Made by a program: the position numbers and the translations under genes
NCBI GenBank assembly: GCA_963663965.2
Contig: CAXXFK010000007.1
Location: 15,564-79,563 of the forward strand
Direction of reading: 5' to 3'
Length of the DNA stretch: 64,000 nt
DNA from: Sedimentisphaerales bacterium
GTDB lineage: Bacteria; Planctomycetota; Phycisphaerae; Sedimentisphaerales; SM23-30
The notes under the pieces: model-generated
Told to the model about the DNA's origin: nothing
Databases searched by the model: none
What the model saw: the letters and a program-made list of their open reading frames with translations, nothing else
Shown here: piece after piece, positions 50,358 to 59,054 of the stretch
How the letters are laid out: each line of letters starts with the position of its first letter
Position numbering within the stretch: position 1 is the stretch's first letter

Positions 50358-51080
50358 ATGTATTTACTGCCTGCTATCGATTTGCGCGATGGCAAATGTG
50401 TGCGTTTGATTCAGGGAGATTATGGCCGTCAGATCGACTATGGGGATGATCCGGTGGCCCAGGCCCGGGCTTTTGAACAGGCCGGCGCGTCCTGGCTGCA
50501 TGTCGTGGATCTCGATGGCGCGCTCAAGGGCGGGCATTTTAATCTGGATGTTTTGCAGCGGATTCGCCAGGAGACGCGGTTGAATATCGAGTTGGGGGGC
50601 GGCGTGCGGAGCGAAGAGTCAGTGAAAGCATTGCTGGATTCAGGAATTACCCGGGCGATTGTGGGCACGCGGGCGCTGGAAGATCTGTCGTGGTTTGAAA
50701 AACTGGTGCGCGACTATCCCGGCAAAATTGTGCTGGGTCTGGATGCCAGAGACGGCCTGATTGCCACGCGCGGCTGGACCGAAACCGGAACCGTTACAGT
50801 GGAACAGATGGCCGATACGGTGAACGACTGGCCGCTGGCGGCGATTGTTTATACGGATATCGCGCGGGATGGGATGCTGACCGGGCCCAATGTTGAGGCG
50901 ACCGGGCGGCTGGCCAGTCGCTGCAAAGTGGAAGTCATTGCGTCCGGCGGCGTTGGTGAACTGGATCATCTGCGCCAGATTACAACGATACCGGTTGGCG
51001 GCGTTATCGTCGGGCGAGCATTGTATGAAGGCAAGTTTACCGTTAAGGAAGCGTTGGCGGTTGTGGAAGGAAAGGAATAG
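50358..51080 (+). CDS. hisA: ProFAR isomerase (histidine biosynthesis)
   Basis: MYLLPAIDLRDGKCVRLIQGDY, VVDLDGA, ELGGGVRS, IASGGV. Confidence 0.9.
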   Translation: MYLLPAIDLRDGKCVRLIQGDYGRQIDYGDDPVAQARAFEQAGASWLHVVDLDGALKGGHFNLDVLQRIRQETRLNIELGGGVRSEESVKALLDSGITRAIVGTRALEDLSWFEKLVRDYPGKIVLGLDARDGLIATRGWTETGTVTVEQMADTVNDWPLAAIVYTDIARDGMLTGPNVEATGRLASRCKVEVIASGGVGELDHLRQITTIPVGGVIVGRALYEGKFTVKEALAVVEGKE

Positions 51081-51085
51081 GCCGG

Positions 51086-51535
51086 ATGCGAATGGTGGTG
51101 CAGCGGGTGACCCGGGCGGCGGTCGAAGTGGATGGCCAGATCGTCGGGCAGATAGGCCAAGGGTTGCTGGTTTATCTTGGCGTTGGCCATGATGATACGG
51201 AAAAAGATTGTGAGTTTATTGCGGACAAGATCGCTCATTTGCGCATTTTTGAAGATGATCAGGGGAAGATGAATCGAAGTGTATTGGATATCGGCGGCGC
51301 GGTGCTGCTGGTCAGTCAGTTTACCCTTTATGGGGATTGCCGCAAGGGCCGCCGGCCGGGTTTCGATGCCGCCGGTGATCCCGCCAGGGCCGATCAATTA
51401 TATCGGGAGGTAATCCGGCGGGTTCAGCAATTGGGTGTTCCGGTTGAACAGGGCCGGTTCGCCGCGCATATGAAGGTGTCGAGTGTTAATGACGGACCGG
51501 TGACATTTATGCTGGACAGCTCGAGGATATTTTAA
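51086..51535 (+). CDS. dtd: D-aminoacyl-tRNA deacylase
   Basis: MRMVVQRV...GLLVYLGV...VSQFTLYGD...GRRPGF are typical of Dtd. Confidence 0.9.
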   Translation: MRMVVQRVTRAAVEVDGQIVGQIGQGLLVYLGVGHDDTEKDCEFIADKIAHLRIFEDDQGKMNRSVLDIGGAVLLVSQFTLYGDCRKGRRPGFDAAGDPARADQLYREVIRRVQQLGVPVEQGRFAAHMKVSSVNDGPVTFMLDSSRIF

Positions 51536-51580
51536 TCAGTAGCCAGAAGTGATAGCGGATTGAAGCTTATTTACTGCCGG

Positions 51581-52804
51581 CTACAACAGCGGTTCGTGTT
51601 TTTCAACCGGAGCGCCTTTTTGAGCGTCTTCGATATTTTTGAAGGGCGACATACTGCGGAGCCACTGGATTTTGGGCGGCAGGTTGTTGATTACGTAATC
51701 GATTTCTTCGGCGGTGGTATTGCGGCTGAGACTAAAGCGGATCGAACCGTGAACGGCGGTGAAAGGAACGCCCATTGCGCGCAGGACGTGGGAGGGTTCC
51801 AGCGAGCCGCTGGTACAGGCCGAGCCGCTGGAGGCGGCAATGTTCAAATGATCCATCAGCATGAGAATCGCTTCGCCTTCAATCAATTCAAAGCTGATAT
51901 TGGTGGTATTGGGTAATCGGGAATCACGCGTGCCGTTAACACGGGTATTGTCGCAGGCTGCGAGAATGCCATTTTCCAGTTTGTCGCGGAGTTGGGCGAC
52001 CCGGGTTTGTTCATCATGAAGGTATTTTTTGGACAGTTCACAGGCTTTGCCCAAGCCGACGATGGCGGCCACGTTTTCTGTACCGGCACGCCGGCCATGT
52101 TCCTGATGGCCTCCGGTCATATAGGGTTTGAAGCGGGTGCCCTTGCGGACAAACAAAGCGCCAATGCCCTTGGGGCCGTGCAGCTTATGGCCGGACAGAC
52201 TTAGCATGTCGACCGTTACTTTTTGCAGGTCAAGCGGAATTTTGCCAACTGCCTGGACGGCGTCGGTATGGATCGTAACGCCGCGCGACTTGGCGATGGC
52301 CGCCAGCCGGGCCATGGGAAAAATGACACCGGTTTCATTGTTGGCGTACATGATAGTGACAATTGCGGTTTCGTCGGCAATCGCCTGCAGGAGATGATCG
52401 GGGTCGAGCCGGCCCTCTTCATTGACGGGCAACTCGGTTAAACGGCATCCTTTTTTCTGCCAGATACGGCAGGTGGTGCGAATGGCGGGATGTTCCACGC
52501 GACTGGTGATAATGTGGCGCTTGTTGGCATCGACATCCAGGGCGCCGACAACCGCAGTAATATCGCTTTCGGTGCCGCCGCTGGTAAAGATGATTTCTTC
52601 CGGATGGCAGTTGAGCAGATCGGCGACCTGCTGGCGCGCTTCATCGATTTTATGCCGGAGATGGCCGCCGAATGAATGCATACTGGAGGCATTACCATAA
52701 TGCTTGGTCAGGTAAGGCATCATGACCTCCAGCACTTCCGGATCCATTGGGGTGGTGGCGTTATTATCGAAATAGACGACATCTTGTCTGCGGGTATCGG
52801 TCAT
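51581..52804 (-). CDS. nifS: Cysteine desulfurase, NifS type
   Basis: Start at ATG 52804 (AAGG upstream). FDNNATT, SGHKLHGPKG (PLP-Lys), SSGSACTS (active-site Cys). Confidence 0.9.
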   Translation of the reverse strand: MTDTRRQDVVYFDNNATTPMDPEVLEVMMPYLTKHYGNASSMHSFGGHLRHKIDEARQQVADLLNCHPEEIIFTSGGTESDITAVVGALDVDANKRHIITSRVEHPAIRTTCRIWQKKGCRLTELPVNEEGRLDPDHLLQAIADETAIVTIMYANNETGVIFPMARLAAIAKSRGVTIHTDAVQAVGKIPLDLQKVTVDMLSLSGHKLHGPKGIGALFVRKGTRFKPYMTGGHQEHGRRAGTENVAAIVGLGKACELSKKYLHDEQTRVAQLRDKLENGILAACDNTRVNGTRDSRLPNTTNISFELIEGEAILMLMDHLNIAASSGSACTSGSLEPSHVLRAMGVPFTAVHGSIRFSLSRNTTAEEIDYVINNLPPKIQWLRSMSPFKNIEDAQKGAPVEKHEPLL

Positions 52805-52841
52805 GATAATCCTTATAAAAAAGGGGAAATAAAATCGATGG

Positions 52842-53696
52842 TTATTTTTGTTCGACAACTACCAGATCGTCACTGACAAATTCGCGTAATCGTTTCTGGA
52901 CTACCTCGGCCAGGGTAAATTCGGCGACCTGGCACTGGGAACACATGCCGCGTAAAGCGATGATAACGTTGTTGCCATCGACATCGATCAATTCCAGATC
53001 GCCGCCATCGGCCTGAAGCGCCGGGCGAACCTGCTGATCGAGGGTTTGTTCGATCAGTTTGATTTTTTGTATGGTGGTCAGTTTGTCCGGGTGTTTGGGT
53101 TCGGGCTTGACGGGAATAAAGGTTGAATCAACCTCGGCGCGGACCAGGTCGATCAATTGCTCGATCTCTTTGTGGCAGCCGCCGCAGCCCCCCCCGGCCT
53201 TGCAGTAGTTGGTCACATCTTCTACGGTTTTAAGGTTGTTTTCGGCGACAACATGGCGAATTTCATCTTCGGTTACACCATAACACGTACAGATGACATG
53301 TCCCTTCAGCTCATGCTTGATGGTCCCGCCGCTGTGATAATTTTCAACAGCCGCCTCGAGCGCTTCGCGGCCCATAACCGAACAGTGCATTTTCTGTTCG
53401 GGCAGTCCCCCCAGATAATCGGCGATATCCTTATTGGTGACCTGAAGGGCCTCATCGAGGGTTTTGCCTTTGATCAGTTCGGTCAGGGCGGAAGATGACG
53501 CAATGGCGCTGCCGCAGCCGAAGGTCTGAAATTTTACATCAGAGATTCGCCCATCATCATCCAGCTTGAACATTAACTTGAGCGCATCGCCGCAGGCCAG
53601 CGATCCAACCTCGCCGACGCCATCAGGATTATCAATTTCTCCGACGTTGCGGGGATTAAAAAAATGCTCTTTTACTTTATCGGTATAGTCCCACAT
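52842..53696 (-). CDS. nifU: Fe-S cluster scaffold NifU (IscU-like N-domain, central [2Fe-2S] domain, C-terminal NifU domain)
   Basis: GSLACGDALKL, FGCGSAIASSS, CTCYGVT...CGGC, MCSQCQ. Confidence 0.9.
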   Translation of the reverse strand: MWDYTDKVKEHFFNPRNVGEIDNPDGVGEVGSLACGDALKLMFKLDDDGRISDVKFQTFGCGSAIASSSALTELIKGKTLDEALQVTNKDIADYLGGLPEQKMHCSVMGREALEAAVENYHSGGTIKHELKGHVICTCYGVTEDEIRHVVAENNLKTVEDVTNYCKAGGGCGGCHKEIEQLIDLVRAEVDSTFIPVKPEPKHPDKLTTIQKIKLIEQTLDQQVRPALQADGGDLELIDVDGNNVIIALRGMCSQCQVAEFTLAEVVQKRLREFVSDDLVVVEQK

Positions 53697-53937
53697 GAAG
53701 GCAGGTCCTTTCTGTTTCGTTCATAAAACAGTGAATAATATTTCCACTTTAACATTAAGTTGAATGCTTACTTAACATACATTTTATTATAGTACGATTT
53801 GAATCTATTGTCCATTTTACTACGAAATTTCAGAGATTAGATTGAGCCGTTTTATGGTCTGATAAGGCAGAAAGGCGAGCTGTGCCATAAGTGTTTAAAA
53901 ATAAAGGTATTAAAAGTGGCCGTCTAATTGTCAACAA

Positions 53938-53962
53938 AATAATATACACTGTGTATTATATT
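53938..53962. promoter_or_regulatory. 25-bp imperfect inverted repeat (candidate operator) in the nifU/feoA divergent region
   Basis: AATAATATACAC t GTGTATTATATT. The arms match at 10 of 12 positions. Confidence 0.3.
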
Positions 53963-54008
53963 TTCCCCGTTCGCTCTTTATAGCTGTTTCAAGATATTTG
54001 AGGATGGC

Positions 54009-54038
54009 TTGACAAACAGTCGGCTGGATTGTTAAAAT
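54009..54038 (+). promoter_or_regulatory. Candidate sigma70 promoter for feoAB
   Basis: TTGACA (54009-54014), 18-nt spacer, TGtTAAAAT extended -10 (54030-54038). Confidence 0.45.
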
Positions 54039-54108
54039 GTTAGACTAAACTAACTTTTGCGTATAACCGATAAAATTTACAGAGAGAAAGTTAAGAGGTC
54101 TAACTTTT

Positions 54109-54357
54109 ATGGCCCCAACATTGTTTGATCTGGTAACTGGCGATCATGCCCGGATAGTGCGAGTGCACAAACAGGGTGAGTCTGAATTGCGCCGGCGCTT
54201 ACTGGATATGGGGGTCACGCGCGGGTCGGAGTTAATGGTGGAGCGCCATGCCCCGCTGGGCGATCCAGTTGAAATTTCCATTAAGGGTTATTATCTTGCT
54301 TTAAGAATGCGTGAGGCGCAACAAATCGAAGTCGAGATCATCGCTCCTGGGGTCTGA
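54109..54357 (+). CDS. feoA: Ferrous iron transport protein A
   Basis: 82 aa, SH3-like FeoA pattern (G..A.IV.V......RRLLDMGV..G..L.V....LGDPV.I), upstream of feoB. Confidence 0.85.
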   Translation: MAPTLFDLVTGDHARIVRVHKQGESELRRRLLDMGVTRGSELMVERHAPLGDPVEISIKGYYLALRMREAQQIEVEIIAPGV

Positions 54358-54434
54358 AATTTTGAAATTACCTGCCGGCCCATGAAAACTTGCGATTCCA
54401 TCCAGAAATAATAAGGTTTTAAACATATCATCCT

Positions 54435-56585
54435 ATGCCATTACCCCCCAAAACCATTGCGTTAGCCGGTAATCCCAATGCGGGTAAAACCTCGATTTTT
54501 AATGAGATGACCGGTTCCGCCCAACAAGTCAGCAATTATCCTGGCGTTACGGTTGAGCGGAAAGAAGGCATGATGCGCTGTGGTTGCGGGCGTGTTCGGG
54601 TGATCGATCTGCCGGGTACCTATTCGCTGAGCGCCTATTCACCAGAGGAAGTTATCGCGCGCGATGTGATAATCAATGACCAGCCCGACCTGGTAGTGAA
54701 CATTATTGACGCGTCTAATCTGGAGCGTAATTTGTATTTGACCATCCAGCTGATGGAATTACGCCCGGAAATGATCCTCGTGCTGAATATGATCGATCGG
54801 GCAGAGAAAAATGGATTGGCGATCGATATTGAGAAAATGTCGAAATTGCTGGGGGTTGGAGTGGTAACGACCATTGCCAATCGGTCCGAAGGGATCAAAA
54901 AGCTGGTTTGCCAGTGTGATCAAGCCATGAACCAGACCGGGCACACGCCCCCGGCGTTGATTACCTATGGCCATCCCATAGACGAAGTGATCGGCAGGGT
55001 TCAAGCCGTAATTGAAAGCGCCATTGGCAATACCGGCCGCTATCAGTCCCGTTGGCTGGCGGTTAAATTGATCGAAGGTGAAGACCAGGTAATTCGTCTG
55101 GTACAAACCATGGCCCGCGAACATTATGGCGAAATTAATCAAGCGGTAAACCGGGCAGCGAAACATATCGAGGACCATTTTAATGATGATGTGGCTTCGA
55201 TCATTGCTGAGCGCCGGTTTGGCTTTGCCGCGGGAGTCGTGCGTGAATGCGTGACACTTCGGGGCCAGGCGCGCCAGCAGGCAACAGATCAGATCGATGA
55301 AATCGTATGTCACAAAGTATTTGGGCCGCTTATTCTGGTGGCGGCGGTCACCGCATTATTTTTTGCTGTATTCAAATTATCCGATGAATGGCGGTGGATT
55401 CCCTGGCTGTCCGGTATGGTCAGTCCAACTGGTTTGGTGGAAATGTTTTTTGGGTGGCTGTCCGGCTTGATTGCCCCGATGGCCCAATCGATGCCAACTT
55501 TGCACTCGATTCTTGATGACGCCGTTATTGGCGGCGTGGGCGGAGTGTTGGGGTTTGTTCCATTGATTTTTATCATGTTCTTTTTTATTGGCATTTTAGA
55601 GGACTGTGGTTATGTCGCCCGTGTTGCCTTTATTATGGACCGGATTTTACGGATATTTGGATTGCAGGGTAAATCGATATTGCCGATGATAGTTGCCGGC
55701 GGTCTGGGGGCGGGCGGATGTGCCGTTCCGGCAGTCATGGCAACGCGGATTCTGCGCGATGAAAAAGACCGGCTCATTACCATGCTGGTCGTGCCTTTTA
55801 TGAATTGCGGCGCCAAATTGCCGGTGTTTGCCATGTTAATCGCGGCGTTCTTCCCCCATGCGCGAACCCGGGCCATGCTGGGGCTGTGGGTTTTGTCCTG
55901 GGTGGTGGCGCTGATTTGTGCCCTGATTCTCCGTAAATGGGTTATTAAGGGCGAGCAGACTCCGTTTGTGATGGAATTGCCATCGTATCATATCCCAATG
56001 GTAAAGGGTGTATTGCGACATTCCATTGAACGGACCTGGTTGTATATCAAAAAGGCCGGCACGATCATTCTGGCAGTGAATCTGTTGGTATGGGCGGCTA
56101 TGTCGTTTCCTAAACTGCCCCAGGAGCAGGCAGTCAATGATCTGGGTCAGCCATTGGCAGCTGTTGAACTGGCGGAAAAAGAGTTGGGGTATAGCTTTGC
56201 CGGGCGAATCGGTCACGCATTAGAACCGTTGAGCGAATGGGCCGGCTTTGATTGGCGCACCAATATTGCACTGGCCAGTGGATTTGCGGCCAAGGAACTC
56301 ATTGTCAGCGCGATGGGAACGGTGTATTCGATCAGCGAACAGGGGGAAGGTGAACCCTTTAATTTATCGCAGCATCTGGCCGAGAGTCCGCAATGGGGAC
56401 CGGTGCGGGCGTTTGCCCTGATGGTGTTTGTGATGTTGTATGCTCCCTGTCTGGCGACCGTGGCGGTAATTCGGCGCGAGAGCAACTCCTGGAAGTGGCC
56501 GGCGTTTTCCGTTTTCTGGTCCACGTTTCTGGCGTTCGTGCTGGCCGTGGTCATTTATCAGCTTGGGAATATAGTCATTCCGTAG
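54435..56585 (+). CDS. feoB: Ferrous iron transporter B
   Basis: G-domain motifs GNPNAGKTSIFN, DLPG and NMID, followed by a polytopic membrane domain. Confidence 0.95.
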   Translation: MPLPPKTIALAGNPNAGKTSIFNEMTGSAQQVSNYPGVTVERKEGMMRCGCGRVRVIDLPGTYSLSAYSPEEVIARDVIINDQPDLVVNIIDASNLERNLYLTIQLMELRPEMILVLNMIDRAEKNGLAIDIEKMSKLLGVGVVTTIANRSEGIKKLVCQCDQAMNQTGHTPPALITYGHPIDEVIGRVQAVIESAIGNTGRYQSRWLAVKLIEGEDQVIRLVQTMAREHYGEINQAVNRAAKHIEDHFNDDVASIIAERRFGFAAGVVRECVTLRGQARQQATDQIDEIVCHKVFGPLILVAAVTALFFAVFKLSDEWRWIPWLSGMVSPTGLVEMFFGWLSGLIAPMAQSMPTLHSILDDAVIGGVGGVLGFVPLIFIMFFFIGILEDCGYVARVAFIMDRILRIFGLQGKSILPMIVAGGLGAGGCAVPAVMATRILRDEKDRLITMLVVPFMNCGAKLPVFAMLIAAFFPHARTRAMLGLWVLSWVVALICALILRKWVIKGEQTPFVMELPSYHIPMVKGVLRHSIERTWLYIKKAGTIILAVNLLVWAAMSFPKLPQEQAVNDLGQPLAAVELAEKELGYSFAGRIGHALEPLSEWAGFDWRTNIALASGFAAKELIVSAMGTVYSISEQGEGEPFNLSQHLAESPQWGPVRAFALMVFVMLYAPCLATVAVIRRESNSWKWPAFSVFWSTFLAFVLAVVIYQLGNIVIP

Positions 56586-56683
56586 TTACCCGGCATCAAG
56601 GTATGGGCGCCACAACCCGGGGATGGGCGGGCCAGGTCGGCCTTTGAAGTCCATTTGGAATCAATTTGGTTCCTTGTATAGGA

Positions 56684-56712
56684 TTGACTTTTATAACGGG
56701 TATCAGGATAAT
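56684..56712 (+). promoter_or_regulatory. Candidate sigma70 promoter (TTGACT, 17 nt spacer, GATAAT)
   Basis: TTGACT at 56684-56689 and GATAAT at 56707-56712, about 60 nt upstream of GTG 56771. Confidence 0.4.
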
Positions 56713-56770
56713 TGGGCGTCACGTTGTTTTGCTTTAAATCCATTTTCCCGGCATTGGAAGGAGGCCTGTT

Positions 56771-58648
56771 GTGAAGTTTCGACCGAATGCGGAAATGTTG
56801 GATGATTATCCCGGAGCCATCATGATCGTTGCGATAATTCTGATGGGGCTGACATCAATCGCCATGGCCATCGAGGGTCTGGGTAATGAAGAGAATCCCT
56901 ATTTGATTAAGAATTTGAGTGATTTTTATACCTTTGTAGACTCAAGCAATATGACAACCTTTTGGAAAGCGGGTGTTTTTATCCGTTTAGATGTCGATAT
57001 TGATCTCGAAGACAAAGTTTTTGACAAAGCGCTTATTGCTCCGGATCAAAGTTCCGATTCCGGATATCAGGGTTATGGCTTCAGCGGCGATTTTGATGGG
57101 AATGGCCATCGTATTATCAAAGTGACTATTCAAACCGGCGAGACAAGCTCTGATGACTGTCTGGGCGTGTGGGGCCAGATTAATGCGGCCGGCGTTGTTC
57201 ACGATCTGGCGATTCAGACGATCAATATTGCCGGCAGTAATAACAGTAGTTTTGTGGGCGGTTTGTGTGGTATTAATCTCGGTGTGGTCGAGCGTTGTTG
57301 TGTGGCAGGAGACGCAGTTCGCGGCCTGGCTTCTATAGGCGGGATCTGCGGCAAGAATTCCGGGACAATTACCGATTGCTACACCCATAGTGACGTGGAA
57401 GGCCTGGCAAGCAGTAATTATCTGGGCGGATGTTGTGGTACCAACTGGTATGGTGGTGTTATCGAGAACTGCTACTGTACCGGCCTGATCAGCGGAAATG
57501 GATTTCGCGGCGGTTTCTGTGGTTACAACCTGGGATCCATCGTGACCTGTTTCTGGGACAAAGAATCATCGGAAATGACCATGGGGGTTGGTAAAACCCA
57601 GGGGGGCACATCGACAATTTCGGGCCTGACTTGTGAAGAGATGGCCGAGATGGAGCATTTTAAAACCGCCGGCTGGGATTTTGAGGGCAGTCCGCCAGTG
57701 TGGATCGAGGGAGATTATGGACCGCAATTGTTCTGGCAGGTGGATGCAGAAGATCTGATATGGGAAGGCGATCTGGAACTGGTATTGGAACAAGGTGAAA
57801 CGCGGCTGCTTAAAATAACGCTTACGAATCAGGCGGTTAGTGAGATTGTCTGGTTGCTCAGTAATTATAAGGGATGTCCCTGGATCCGGGCCATCAATCC
57901 GCTGGGTGGCACGCTGGCCGCTCAGGCTTCGACCGATGTGTGGATTACGATAGACAGCGCCGATCTTGAGCGGGGTGAGTATCAACGCACGCTTTATTTG
58001 AATTTTAATGGCCAGTCTGTTCCATTGGATACGCTGCTTACGATAGATAATCGGATCGATCTGGAAGAATTGGGCGACCTGTCCCGCTTCTGGCTCGAAG
58101 ATGATTGTGTTAACACCAGCGATTGTGCCGCGATTGACTGGCACAAAGACGGTAAGATTAACCTGATCGATTTGATTTTGCTGACAGGCAGCTGGCTGGA
58201 AGCCAGACCGGTATTTCGTTTGTTTGATGCTTTTGAGAGTAATAATTTATATTTGCTGAACTGGATAACTGCCAGTGATGGGACCGGGTGGTTTGCAACC
58301 GATGAAGGCGCCTGGCGTGGCAATTATTGTGCCCGATCTGGCCTGATCGAAGACGGCAAATCCAGCCGCTTATCATTAACGCTCGACCTGACCGGCGTTG
58401 AAGTTAATGCGGTTGGTTTTGCCCGGCGAGTGTCGTCTGAGCCGGATTATGACTGGCTACGGTTTTATATAGACGATTCTTTAATTGAGCAATGGTCGGG
58501 CTTGCAGGAGTGGAAATATGTCACCTATCCTGTCACGCCGGGCGTTCGTGAATTTAAATGGGAGTATGTTAAGGACGAAGCCTTTCAAGGCTATGATGAT
58601 GCTGCCTGGATTGACGATTTCGAGCTGTACCTGGCGACAGAAGAGTAA
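56771..58648 (+). CDS. Secreted or anchored protein with GLUG-motif repeats, one dockerin-like segment and a C-terminal beta-sandwich
   Basis: GTG start with GGAGG SD 6 nt upstream. Repeats GGLCG / GGICG / GGCCG / GGFCG. DWHKDGKINLIDLILL. Confidence 0.6.
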   Translation: MKFRPNAEMLDDYPGAIMIVAIILMGLTSIAMAIEGLGNEENPYLIKNLSDFYTFVDSSNMTTFWKAGVFIRLDVDIDLEDKVFDKALIAPDQSSDSGYQGYGFSGDFDGNGHRIIKVTIQTGETSSDDCLGVWGQINAAGVVHDLAIQTINIAGSNNSSFVGGLCGINLGVVERCCVAGDAVRGLASIGGICGKNSGTITDCYTHSDVEGLASSNYLGGCCGTNWYGGVIENCYCTGLISGNGFRGGFCGYNLGSIVTCFWDKESSEMTMGVGKTQGGTSTISGLTCEEMAEMEHFKTAGWDFEGSPPVWIEGDYGPQLFWQVDAEDLIWEGDLELVLEQGETRLLKITLTNQAVSEIVWLLSNYKGCPWIRAINPLGGTLAAQASTDVWITIDSADLERGEYQRTLYLNFNGQSVPLDTLLTIDNRIDLEELGDLSRFWLEDDCVNTSDCAAIDWHKDGKINLIDLILLTGSWLEARPVFRLFDAFESNNLYLLNWITASDGTGWFATDEGAWRGNYCARSGLIEDGKSSRLSLTLDLTGVEVNAVGFARRVSSEPDYDWLRFYIDDSLIEQWSGLQEWKYVTYPVTPGVREFKWEYVKDEAFQGYDDAAWIDDFELYLATEE

Positions 58649-58717
58649 CATTATCCATCGCAGGAATTTGTTACAAGTAATAATCTCAAACAGCACGGTC
58701 TGGGTTCTACTGGTATA

Positions 58718-58807
58718 TTACTTTTCGGCAAGTATTCCCAGTGTAACGCCGGCAGCAAACAGGAGGGTAAAAAGAATCAGCAGGATGTAAAGGATGGTAT
58801 CGTGCAT
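58718..58807 (-). CDS. Candidate 29-aa hydrophobic peptide (absent from the ORF track)
   Basis: Hand translation gives MHDTILYILLILFTLLFAAGVTLGILAEK, then TAA. GGAGGTGA SD with a 6-nt spacer before the ATG. Confidence 0.4.
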   Translation of the reverse strand: MHDTILYILLILFTLLFAAGVTLGILAEK

Positions 58808-59054
58808 TTGTCACCTCCATAAGCATTGTTGTCAATGTATTCCGCTAGTATTTATTACGGATTGTCGCGTCGTTTTGTTCGTCGGTACAGATTCTCTCTA
58901 TAAAAACAGTTTCATTATTCTTTCGTGAAATGCAGGGATTGTTTTCGTATGGATTTGAAAAAGCGGGATGGATTGCCTATTATCTTTACATTGAGGCAAT
59001 GACAGCGAGTTAAATTTGATTTTTGGAACATAACAATATAAGGAGTAATGCTTT

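Noticed and set aside
58718-58807. Calling the 29-aa peptide KdpF.
   Set aside because: Only the length and hydrophobic character are similar. No kdpABC genes are nearby, and the sequence similarity to E. coli KdpF is not convincing by eye.
58808-59054. A cobalamin or SAM riboswitch upstream of metE, and a SAM riboswitch upstream of metK (38768-38967).
   Set aside because: I could not find a B12 box (GCCACTG-type) or SAM-I core elements. There are only short hairpins without terminators, such as ATTGCCT/AGGCAAT near 58971 and CCCGCT/AGCGGG near 38912. A covariance-model scan would be needed to exclude divergent classes.
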